From Candidatus Bathyarchaeota archaeon (GTDB lineage Archaea > Thermoproteota > Bathyarchaeia > Bathyarchaeales > Bathycorpusculaceae), in contig OY969706.1 of the NCBI GenBank assembly GCA_963702095.1, forward strand, positions 1,120,001-1,184,000: DNA of 64,000 nucleotides. Reading direction: 5' to 3'. The notes beneath the pieces were generated by a model. That model was not told the origin of the DNA. It ran no database searches and was given only the letters and a program-made list of their open reading frames with translations. Made by a program: the position numbers and the translations under genes. Shown one piece after another: positions 9,775-18,728 of this stretch (the first letter of the stretch is position 1; every line of letters begins with the position of its first letter).

Positions 9775-10521
9775 TTGAACACGCGATTCAAGGCCCAGGA
9801 TATAGCTGTTATTGGCATCAGCGCAGCACTTTATGCTGTATTTGGAATATTAACTGCAGGCTGGAGTTTTATAGGCGTGGGTTTTTTGCCTGCCGTGGTA
9901 ATTCCCGCAGTTTTTGCTGTGCTGTACGGTCCATGGGTGGGTGGATTGGGTGCTGCAATCGGCATTTTTATACGAGACATGTTTGTGCATGGAAACGCAG
10001 CTTTAAGCCTCGTAGCTGGCGTGCCTGCGAACTTTATAGTATTCTTCCTAATTGGGTATATAGCTGTAAGAGAGATAAGCCTCAAACAAGCCCTTATAGG
10101 TATAACGATTGCTGCAATAGGCCTGTTAGTTCCAACTTTAGTCTTCCTTCCCGATTTCTCAACTTACACTGGGTTATCTTCCGAATATTTCCTCCTCACC
10201 TTCGGTCTAACAATTATTCTAAGTCTAGCCATCATAGCTATAGTATCAATACGGTATAAAGAATGGCGAAGTTACGCCATTGGTGTTGTGGTCGGTCAAG
10301 CAATAGGTGCAGCGTTACTGTCAGCAACAGTATGGGCAGTCAGCCCCCTGTTCCTTTCATACTTCGGCACACCATTTGCTGCAATTTACATTCTGCCGCT
10401 ATTTGTTTGGACATTCGCCACAGAAATACCGTTTGTATTGTTGCTCGGACCGCCAATTATAAAAGTATGTTACCGTGCATTTCCTTCGCTAAAACAACGA
10501 AAGATACGCCAAGTGAATTAA
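9775..10521 (+). CDS. ECF transporter S component-like membrane protein
   Basis: IAVIGISAALYA start, FAVLYGPWVGGLGAAIG motif; first gene of a CoA operon. Confidence 0.75.
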   Translation: MNTRFKAQDIAVIGISAALYAVFGILTAGWSFIGVGFLPAVVIPAVFAVLYGPWVGGLGAAIGIFIRDMFVHGNAALSLVAGVPANFIVFFLIGYIAVREISLKQALIGITIAAIGLLVPTLVFLPDFSTYTGLSSEYFLLTFGLTIILSLAIIAIVSIRYKEWRSYAIGVVVGQAIGAALLSATVWAVSPLFLSYFGTPFAAIYILPLFVWTFATEIPFVLLLGPPIIKVCYRAFPSLKQRKIRQVN

Positions 10522-10522
10522 A

Positions 10523-11455
10523 GTGACCAAAACCGCTAAAGCCTTTGCACCAGCAGCCATATCCAGCTTCTTCGAAATCCACGACACCCAAAACGGCAAA
10601 CCCATCACCCAACTCGAAAAAGTCGGCGCAGTCGGCGGCGGCTTCGGACTGCACAAAGGCGTCCACACCCAAGTCACTGCAGAAGAAGCGAAAAGCAACT
10701 GCGTAACCGTAACAATCAACGGCGAAGCGAACTCGGCAAGAACCACCACCCAGGCAATCCAAACCCTCCTTGCACTGACAGAAAAAAAGTATGCTGTGGC
10801 AGTAGACCACATTATTGAGGTGCCCATAGGCATGGGATTCGGCACCAGTGCAGGCGGTGCATTGACGGCGGGTTTAGCACTGCGAGAAGCCCTCTCATTG
10901 CCATTAACATACAACCAAATCGGCAAAGTCGCCCACATCTCAGAAATCCAGTGCCTAACAGGACTGGGCACGGTGAGTTCGTTGACTTACAGCGGTGGTT
11001 GCGTGCTCGTTGTTGAGCCGGGTGCACCGGGCATCTGCAAAATCGACCGCATACCCCTAACCCCCAACTACGCCGTCGTAGTGGGCTATTACCCTTCGAG
11101 GATACCTAAAAAATCGGTGCTCTCATCTCCTGAGAAGAAACGGGAAATTAACCGCTACGGCAAAAAAACTCTTGAGGCAATTTTGGATGAGCCCAGTTTA
11201 GAGAATTTCTTGTCGTGCTGCTGGGAGTTTGCGCAGAAAGCAGGCTTTGCCACCGAAGACATCTGCCAGCTTGTGGCGGCGGCGAAAAAGGCTGGTGCAG
11301 TGGGTGCAGCGCAGAACATGATTGGGGAGGCTGTGCACGCGGTGGTGGATGAGGAGGGCGCTGAGGCGGTAGCGGAAGCTTTTAAGGAAACCTTATCTCC
11401 AAATCAAGTGTTTATCAGTAGAATAGGTTTTCAGGGTGCAAGACTGGTAAAATGA
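10523..11455 (+). CDS. Pantoate kinase (GHMP family)
   Basis: AFAPAAISSFF, PIGMGFGTSAG, AHISEI..TGLGTV, AQNMIGEAVH. Confidence 0.9.
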   Translation: MTKTAKAFAPAAISSFFEIHDTQNGKPITQLEKVGAVGGGFGLHKGVHTQVTAEEAKSNCVTVTINGEANSARTTTQAIQTLLALTEKKYAVAVDHIIEVPIGMGFGTSAGGALTAGLALREALSLPLTYNQIGKVAHISEIQCLTGLGTVSSLTYSGGCVLVVEPGAPGICKIDRIPLTPNYAVVVGYYPSRIPKKSVLSSPEKKREINRYGKKTLEAILDEPSLENFLSCCWEFAQKAGFATEDICQLVAAAKKAGAVGAAQNMIGEAVHAVVDEEGAEAVAEAFKETLSPNQVFISRIGFQGARLVK

Positions 11456-11928
11456 AGCAGTTCAAGAAAGTGGCGGTCGGAGGAACCTTTGATAAGCTGC
11501 ATAGAGGACACCAAGCGTTGCTGGGTAAAGCCTTCGAAGTCGGCGAAAAAGTAGTTATCGGCTTAACATCGGATAGTTTTGTTGAGAGGATGGGTAAGCC
11601 CCATAAAACCGCTTCTTATGACAGCCGCCAAAAAGAACTCTGGGCTTTCCTCCGCGAGAAGGGTTTGGCGGAGAGAGCAGAAATCGTGCCCCTAACCGAC
11701 GCATATGGCTTAACCGTTTCTGGCAGGGGTTTGGAGGCGTTGGTGGTTAGTGAGGAAACCGCGAAAACTGGTGAGGCAATTAATCAGGTGCGTAGAGAAG
11801 CTGGTTATCAACCGCTTGAAATCGTAGTCGTTGGCATGGTGCCCGCTGAAAACCACTGCCCCATTTCAACCACGCGGATTCGCCGCGGAGAAATCGACCG
11901 CAACGGCTACCTAATCACAGTACGCTAA
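11452..11928 (+). CDS. coaD: Phosphopantetheine adenylyltransferase
   Basis: VAVGGTFDKLHRGH, LVVSEET, ISTTRIRRGEID. Confidence 0.93.
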   Translation: MKQFKKVAVGGTFDKLHRGHQALLGKAFEVGEKVVIGLTSDSFVERMGKPHKTASYDSRQKELWAFLREKGLAERAEIVPLTDAYGLTVSGRGLEALVVSEETAKTGEAINQVRREAGYQPLEIVVVGMVPAENHCPISTTRIRRGEIDRNGYLITVR

Positions 11929-12864
11929 AGAATTTCGCCTACAACGTTGATGGGTTTAGGAATCAACGACGTTAAGTCTTCAAGCCGCTCCCGATCGATT
12001 GTGGCTAAAACCACTGTAGCTGGACCCGCAGATTTGTTGAGGTCCAACCCCGCGGGTTCCACAAGCTTTAGTTGCCTGCCGACGCCGTAAGCCATCATTT
12101 TGGCTTCGCTGGCAATCCCAAAATCCCCCACTGAAACGATGTCGTGGACGTATTTTCGCTGGGAAAGCTGCGTTACGTTTTTGAGGTCTGCTATTTCGCC
12201 TCTTGCTTCTGCCGCGATGACTTCTTCGCCGACTTTGGGTCTGCCAATTGCCACTATCAAGTCGCCAGGCAACGTTTTTCCAATTCTAAGTTCGCCTTCG
12301 TTGCGCCAACCCCACGACCGTTAAGCCTGCGCCTGTCTGGGTGGTTTGGAAGTTGTCTTCGGTTTTTTCCATTAACACTTGGTTTGGGTCTAAGCCTATG
12401 CTTCGGGCTTCACGTTTTATGCCTTCCAAGATTTCGTTGCCAGTCGGATTCTTCTCAACACCCAACGTTACTGACAGTAGAAGCGGAAACGCGCCTGTCG
12501 CAGTCACATCCATCAACGCGATCCTTGCCAGAAATTTCCCCAAAACTCTGCCATCCACTTTCACCCTGTCATCTATTTTGGGTCCCACGGCTCCTGTGGA
12601 TGTGGAGCCAGCGATGATTGCGTGCCCAGTGGGCATTCTAAGGATGGATATGTCGCCTCTTCTGGTGTAGGCGATTTGGGCAGGTTTAACTTGGAAGACT
12701 ATGGGGCGAAGCATGGTGCTGACGTTTTCGGTGAGGTGGAGGTAGATTGTGAGGGCTTGGCGCATGACTTCGGAGCGGGTTAACTCGTGTTTTTTGGCTA
12801 GTTTGTCTACGTCGGAGATTATTTTGTCGGGTAAACGGACGTTTATGATTTTCAACTGCATCAC
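11925..12864 (-). CDS. RHH DNA-binding domain fused to AIR-synthase-related (alpha-ribazole kinase-like) domain; frameshift near 12303
   Basis: N-terminal INVRLPD...TRSEVMRQAL; GAVGPK..D.V, ARIALMD, TEDNFQTTQTG; continues GELRIGKTLPGDLIVAIG after one extra base. Confidence 0.7.
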
Positions 12865-12953
12865 TGTGTTACAACCGTAACACTGGATGCTTTTATGTTT
12901 AGCTAAAATCCGCTACACTCTAATTCAAAAACAAAAAGGGGAGGAAGATGGTT

Positions 12954-14579
12954 TTAGCGGAAGCAGAAGAACCACCCGCTAAGGCGGCCCCAGAAAAAGA
13001 ACTGCCAGGGCGACCAATAGTGTGCTGGGCGGTATGTCCCTGTTTGGCCGTTTGTTGGGAACGTGGGTCTTGTTGGCTGTTGAGTTACCGGCGGCGCTGT
13101 TGGTTTAGCGGTAGGGTCAGGTGTGGGGTCTTGGGTTGGAGCAGGGGTTGGTGAGGTTGTTGGTGATGAAGGTGATGTTTCTGTTGGGTTTGGGGTCGGT
13201 GTTGCAGTTGGTGCTGGTGTTGGCGTCGCAGCGGGGGTTGATGTCGCCTGTGGAGTTGGAGTGGCTGTTGGTTCTTGAGTTGGTGTCGTTGCGGGGCCAT
13301 TGTAGGCGTTGATGAAGGCTTGTCCCATAGTGTTGGGTGAGTAGCCGCTGCTTAGAATGGTTTCGCCTGAGTAGACTGGTCCTAATCCCGCGTCGCTTAA
13401 CCAGTAGTATGCTCCTAAGCCTATGCCAACATCACGTTGTGCCACAACGAGGTTTTGCCACCAAGTGTAGTCGTTTTGTTTGTTGCTGACGGCGCTTAAG
13501 CATGAGCCCTCTTCATTAACCACTAATGGAGCAGTTACGCCCATGGTTGCTACGCCTGCTTGTAGCTGTGCCTTCAAACCCGCGTAGTCGGTGTTCCAAT
13601 AAGAGCTTAAGTCGGTTGGCGCGTGGTAGTAGAGGTGTGTGGTGTAGACTAGGTTGGTTGCGCTTGGTATGGCTGTTGCGATTTGTTTGCACCAGCTGAG
13701 GTCGTTGCCATAGCCGTTGGGGAACCAGCCCATGTGCCACTGCATCATGACTAGGTTGGTTGAACCTGTTCCACGAATTGCACTGTACATAGTCTGCAAG
13801 TATTGGAGGTAACCTGAGGTTATGGGTGCGTTGTCCGCGCCGGGTTGCGGTTCATTCCATGCCTCGAAGATCGCGTTTGGACAGTTCATCAATGTCTTTG
13901 CCATGTCGCTCCAGAACCAGCTCCAGAAGCCCAGTTCATTGCTGCCGTAGCCTGCATCTGAGAGAAATCTTTGTCCTGCACTGTCCCAGCTGCACATTGG
14001 CAATCCTTGACCTCCTGCAAAGCTTGAGGTTGCATAGGGGTCTTTGCCAAAGGAGCCTGAGTATGGCGTCAGCATGTAGGGAACTATGTCGACGTAGATT
14101 CCGTATTTGGCTGCTTCATTGCACAGTGTTTGCAGGTACGCTTTGGTGCTAATTGGAGTTGAAGAGGCATAGTTACTGTCTTCCTGTGCGGGTGCAATGT
14201 TGTCGCGGTAGTACCAGCTTGGATAGATGAAGACCCGTATCATGTTTATGTGCCATTGATTTTGCATGGCAGAGAAGGTCTGATCCATCGCTGTAGTTGG
14301 GTTGTAGTTCCATTGGGCGCCGAAGTTGTCGGTTGCCCCGCTTCCCCAGAGGATCAAGTCAGGTGCAAACCCCGCGACACCTACACCACGGAGGTAAACA
14401 ACGTTGTCGTCTGCATCCAAAATGTTTGAGCCAGAGGTATGCAGAACAAGCGTTGTAGCCGCCTGCGCCGGTTGCACCGCCAGCACAGAAACCATGCCAA
14501 CGATGAACAATGCGCATAAACCGATTGCAAACGGTTTAGATAGTTTCTTCAGCCCGCGAAATTGATTGGACCCCGCCAT
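12954..14579 (-). CDS. Exported glycoside hydrolase family 5 with Pro/Thr linker
   Basis: LHTSGSNILDADDNVVYLRGV, INMIRV, FEAWNEP acid/base, H.YY, VVNEEG nucleophile; long P/T repeat; aromatic tail. Confidence 0.85.
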   Translation of the reverse strand: MAGSNQFRGLKKLSKPFAIGLCALFIVGMVSVLAVQPAQAATTLVLHTSGSNILDADDNVVYLRGVGVAGFAPDLILWGSGATDNFGAQWNYNPTTAMDQTFSAMQNQWHINMIRVFIYPSWYYRDNIAPAQEDSNYASSTPISTKAYLQTLCNEAAKYGIYVDIVPYMLTPYSGSFGKDPYATSSFAGGQGLPMCSWDSAGQRFLSDAGYGSNELGFWSWFWSDMAKTLMNCPNAIFEAWNEPQPGADNAPITSGYLQYLQTMYSAIRGTGSTNLVMMQWHMGWFPNGYGNDLSWCKQIATAIPSATNLVYTTHLYYHAPTDLSSYWNTDYAGLKAQLQAGVATMGVTAPLVVNEEGSCLSAVSNKQNDYTWWQNLVVAQRDVGIGLGAYYWLSDAGLGPVYSGETILSSGYSPNTMGQAFINAYNGPATTPTQEPTATPTPQATSTPAATPTPAPTATPTPNPTETSPSSPTTSPTPAPTQDPTPDPTAKPTAPPVTQQPTRPTFPTNGQTGTYRPAHYWSPWQFFFWGRLSGWFFCFR

Positions 14580-14862
14580 AGGGTTTCCTAATGTTTTTGT
14601 CTTCACTTTTTTCTCTCTTCCTGAATTTGTGATTTCCCTTATCGTTTGGATCAATTTTAATGCTTTTTGAAAAGAGCGTTACGCTATCTTGTTAAATCTG
14701 GCGCGGGCGTTGCGAAGCTAACTTTACAAGCTTAGTAAAGGGTCAAATACTCAGACAAGTTACACTTGGAATGTTAGATCTTGACCATTGCTTGGTCCGC
14801 TCCACCCGAAAAGCACAAGTGTTATATGCATCAATCAATAAAAAAATTCAGGATGGTCGTAA

Positions 14863-15810
14863 ATGAAAAACAAGGTTTTAGCGTTAAGTATCATTTTATT
14901 ATTAACAACCATATCTTTAACTTCAATTACGTTTGCCCAAGCAGCGGGAGAAAGCCAATGGATCGGCGACTACGAGATACATGATGCATCAACTAACGCC
15001 CTTCTTGTCCAGCATGACGCCGCCACAAACACAACCACAACTATCTCCCCCGTTCTTCCGGGCGCTGACATAACAGTTGATTTCACAGTTAACATTCTTG
15101 CAGGCGGCGAAGGAAACCTTAAGCTATCCACTTCTCTGTCCAAGACATCGGGTCAAAGCACCTATTGGACACTTGAAAGCGACGATTACACCATGGGCAG
15201 CCAATACAACCCCGCCCAGCAATCAACACCATTTAACTGGGTTGAGGGCTCTTTTGAAATGTCTCTTCGCGGAACAGTTTCCAGCAGTGCAAGCGCCTCT
15301 CGACCAGTCACCGTGGTCACACTGGCTGGTCCATCTGGAAGTGTACTTGGACAGTTAATAGTAACTTCTACCAGCGCTAAAATGAATACTTACCTAACCC
15401 TCTACAGCCAGAAAAATGCAAACCTAAACCAACTTGTATCCGGCGGAGTTGACGCAGGATTTATTGAATTATACACTAACACTCTTAACGCATCCAAAGT
15501 AGTAGCTAACGGCGGAGACGTTGACAGCGCGATTGCCATCTTAAACGGCTTAGACGTTGCTAACCCACCTGCCGGTTCAACCATGCAAATGCTGTTTCTG
15601 CCGCTTGTAGGAGTCACAGTTGCCATAGCGGTAATCTTCTTAGTGCTATTCCTAAGAATTCGCGGCAGGATCGGTTACTTCCAACTCGTCGTTGAAGACC
15701 AAATCAAAGACCTTGAAGGTTTAACGCTAAGAGCCAGAAAAATTGACCGTGCAATGTCAGCAAACTTGGACTCCATCAAGGACAGACTCAAAAACTTAGT
15801 TGGGATGTGA
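14863..15810 (+). CDS. Exported single-pass membrane protein with cytoplasmic coiled-coil tail
   Basis: Signal peptide, beta-rich ectodomain, helical stalk, TM (LFLPLVGVTVAIAVIFLVLFL), ~50 aa heptad-like tail. Confidence 0.85.
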   Translation: MKNKVLALSIILLLTTISLTSITFAQAAGESQWIGDYEIHDASTNALLVQHDAATNTTTTISPVLPGADITVDFTVNILAGGEGNLKLSTSLSKTSGQSTYWTLESDDYTMGSQYNPAQQSTPFNWVEGSFEMSLRGTVSSSASASRPVTVVTLAGPSGSVLGQLIVTSTSAKMNTYLTLYSQKNANLNQLVSGGVDAGFIELYTNTLNASKVVANGGDVDSAIAILNGLDVANPPAGSTMQMLFLPLVGVTVAIAVIFLVLFLRIRGRIGYFQLVVEDQIKDLEGLTLRARKIDRAMSANLDSIKDRLKNLVGM

Positions 15811-15813
15811 TAG

Positions 15814-18522
15814 TCTACGAGAATATACCAGAACAGCGTACAACTCATAGGCTTGGGATCAGCAGGCACCAACATAGTCGAATCTTTCCTGTTACACAGG
15901 AAAACCCGTGAACTAATAGAGAACGACTTAACCCGTCTTTCTCTTTTAGCTCTAGACATCGCTGACCCAGAAATACGTAGCCTCCAAGAAACCCACGAAC
16001 AAATTTCAAAATCCCTCATAAAAGCCGGCATCCCCCGGGAACGCTGGCGCCTCATCGCGGAATCCGTGAAATTCCCAACCGCCGAAGCCATGTTCGATTT
16101 CATCAACCAAAAATACGGTGAATACGTAGTAGGCGAAGGCTCTAAACTTGAAAACTACATTCCATGGCTGCAATCCACCATGGCGGTTCCACCTATGGCA
16201 GGAGGCGCAGGACGCAGACGTGCACTGGCAAAAGCAATCTACGCACTCAACTACTACCAGTTAGGCATCATAAGAAACTGCATCAACTCCTTCAAAGAAC
16301 AGGCGCTTTCATCCATTGTTACTCCTACTGTTGTTCTGGTTTATGGTATGGGTGGCGGCACCGGAAGCGGCATCTTCTTCGACTTTGCCCGTCACCTACG
16401 GAAAGTTATGGGTTCAGGAGTACCCCTGATAGCATTCGTGATTACGCCGTGCGGCGGAGATGACCCACCAGCCAAAGGCTGCTCTGCATTTACCGCCATG
16501 AATGAACTCTCGCTTCTGCTAAACAAAGACTACAATGAACATGTTATCAAAGAATACGGCGAAATATACCGCAACCCACTAAACGCCTTGGTCTATCTGC
16601 CTTTACTTCCCGCGTTCTCCAAAGTCGGTAACATCGTGTCCGCCCGCAAAGAAATGGATGACATGGTCGTTGACCTCCTCTATGTACTAATGGACTTCGA
16701 CTTAGCAGACCTCTTAGGCGGCATAGGCACAGAAGTCGGGTTAACAACCAACTCCGCGCACACTTTGGGCATGATTAAAGTTATGTATCCAGTGGAGGAT
16801 TACCTCACAGCCTACAAGCTAAGCTTTGAAAGCATGACGCTGCTTCAGGAATCCCGCAAAGAAAAACTTGACATCCTAAGCGAAATCAAATCAGTCATTC
16901 AAGTTGACAGTGACCTAGCAAAGGAACTCTTCAAAAACTATCTAATCAAATCCGGCACTTACAACGAGGATCAGTTTGAGGATAAGCTGAAAACCATAAT
17001 TACCAGCAACCCCCGCCTCGAAGACGACGTTGAATTACACGTTAAAGGTGTTGAAATCCAGGTGAAAAACTGGCTTGACGATATCATGAAGTACCTCTCA
17101 ACTATCAAATTGATGGGCAAGAATGGGCCAATTGAAGAATCAATCATTGACCTCACATTAATGAAGGAAGGTTCAAGAAAACTCGACAACCTTGAAATGC
17201 TCTTAACTACCCTCGCCAAGACTCACCTTGAATTCCGCGAGCGCAAAGCCGACATCGTTGAACGCTTAAACCAACTTATCCCCAGCTCACAAGTCTTCAC
17301 CTTACGCCAGAAAAAAGTTCTAGAAGACCTGGTTAACATCGCTGAGCTAGCCGAGCAATCCCTTGACATACTCAACTTCTATGATGAAACCCGCTATATC
17401 ACCGACGCCTTGGTACGCTACTACGAGGTTCTTCCTGACAGTCAATTAGAACTCGAAGACCTTCATAACATCCAAGCTGAACTGGGCACATTGTACTTGT
17501 TGATTCAGCTTATGCTTCGAACACCCGCTGACGAATCGAAAATGATCGATGAACACCTCACCTATGTCAACGAAATCTTAGGTAAGCGCATGCAGAAACG
17601 AGGTGACTTCGACAATGAAGTTATGCGTGTAGCTGAAATTAAGAAACGCAAAGAATTCGACAAAACCAAGATGGAGCGCCAAATCCGCAAGTTCCTCAGC
17701 TCCAAACGCTACGCCCGAGAACAACTATTAGGCTTAGACCGTGACCTAAGACGCATCGCCGAAGAAGAAGCTATCGCATTGGAGAACCTCGACAAGGTTG
17801 ACGAAACCATAAAACTCTACGAGAAACTCGCCAACCGCTTCCAGTTAATTTCCGAGTACCGCAAACGGCTCAACAAAATTGTAGATGCCCACAACGAATA
17901 TAAAGCTAAAATCGCAGAGATAGTTGCGCCCAAACGTTACTTTGAGAAATCCGCTGACTTGACCGAGAAGGAACAATTAAAAATCATCTTCAAAATCCTC
18001 ACCGAGCAAGAAGAAAACCTAACCAGAGAAGTCATTTACAAAGACATCCTCGACATGGAACACTTCAAAGACTACATAAAAAGCGTGGTCCGCAGCTTCA
18101 AAACCCCCAGTGTCATGGGCTACAAAAACACATACAAAACCGATTACATCTGGGTAACTGTTACGACTCCGCCGAAAATGTGGACGGAAGACATGTCACA
18201 AGAAGTCTACACTGCACTCGCCGGCTATGTAACCAGTGAAGTCAGCCGAACCATCACTGTCCGCGTTGTGGAATCACGCGATGCATGGACAACCAGAGTG
18301 CTGGTGGTTGGCGGACGCGGCCACCCCGAAGACATGGAAGCCTTTGACGAAATGCAGAACCTCTACAGCAAATCCAACGACTTCGAACGCTACCTCTCCC
18401 GCTCCTTCCTACTTGAACACGGCGTACACGCAACCAATATCATCAAGAAGATCAACCAAGAAAACGGTTACACACCGACAGCTGCCAACGGCAACGGCGG
18501 CAACAACAAACCTAAGCAGTAG
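15814..18522 (+). CDS. Tubulin/FtsZ-superfamily GTPase with large helical insertion
   Basis: In-frame upstream of the ORF-track start: VQLIGLGSAGTNI (T1); LALD (T2); GGAGRRR (T3); GMGGGTGSG (T4); DFDLADL (T7-like); C-terminal strands TRVLVVGG. Start codon unresolved. Confidence 0.88.
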   Translation, partial: STRIYQNSVQLIGLGSAGTNIVESFLLHRKTRELIENDLTRLSLLALDIADPEIRSLQETHEQISKSLIKAGIPRERWRLIAESVKFPTAEAMFDFINQKYGEYVVGEGSKLENYIPWLQSTMAVPPMAGGAGRRRALAKAIYALNYYQLGIIRNCINSFKEQALSSIVTPTVVLVYGMGGGTGSGIFFDFARHLRKVMGSGVPLIAFVITPCGGDDPPAKGCSAFTAMNELSLLLNKDYNEHVIKEYGEIYRNPLNALVYLPLLPAFSKVGNIVSARKEMDDMVVDLLYVLMDFDLADLLGGIGTEVGLTTNSAHTLGMIKVMYPVEDYLTAYKLSFESMTLLQESRKEKLDILSEIKSVIQVDSDLAKELFKNYLIKSGTYNEDQFEDKLKTIITSNPRLEDDVELHVKGVEIQVKNWLDDIMKYLSTIKLMGKNGPIEESIIDLTLMKEGSRKLDNLEMLLTTLAKTHLEFRERKADIVERLNQLIPSSQVFTLRQKKVLEDLVNIAELAEQSLDILNFYDETRYITDALVRYYEVLPDSQLELEDLHNIQAELGTLYLLIQLMLRTPADESKMIDEHLTYVNEILGKRMQKRGDFDNEVMRVAEIKKRKEFDKTKMERQIRKFLSSKRYAREQLLGLDRDLRRIAEEEAIALENLDKVDETIKLYEKLANRFQLISEYRKRLNKIVDAHNEYKAKIAEIVAPKRYFEKSADLTEKEQLKIIFKILTEQEENLTREVIYKDILDMEHFKDYIKSVVRSFKTPSVMGYKNTYKTDYIWVTVTTPPKMWTEDMSQEVYTALAGYVTSEVSRTITVRVVESRDAWTTRVLVVGGRGHPEDMEAFDEMQNLYSKSNDFERYLSRSFLLEHGVHATNIIKKINQENGYTPTAANGNGGNNKPKQ

Positions 18523-18577
18523 CAGAAGCTTCTTTTTTCTTCTGCCCCTATTTTTAGTTTTTCTTTATCATAACTAC

Positions 18578-18704
18578 TTGTAGATTACGCCACAATCAGC
18601 CTGCAACCCAGCGCAGACGTAGAACCCAAAAAGCAGCCGCCTGCAATGTCCTCTGGAAGATGATGAGTAAGGGGCACTCTGTCTTCTTCTAATGCTAGAA
18701 AAAA
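18578..18704 (+). repeat. Repeat family A, copy 2
   Basis: TTGTAGATTACGCCACAATCAGCCTGCAACCC...TCTTCTTCTAATGCTAGAAAAAA between convergent genes. Confidence 0.8.
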
Positions 18705-18728
18705 GCAAACGGCAGCCTATCTGCCCTT

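Noticed and set aside
13085-13300. Short tandem-like repeats
   Set aside because: These are codons of the Pro/Thr linker of the GH5 gene, not a DNA repeat array.
18660-18666. Box C-like ATGATGA inside repeat A (also in copies 5 and 6)
   Set aside because: No box D (CTGA) at a suitable distance, and the motif is absent from the other copies.
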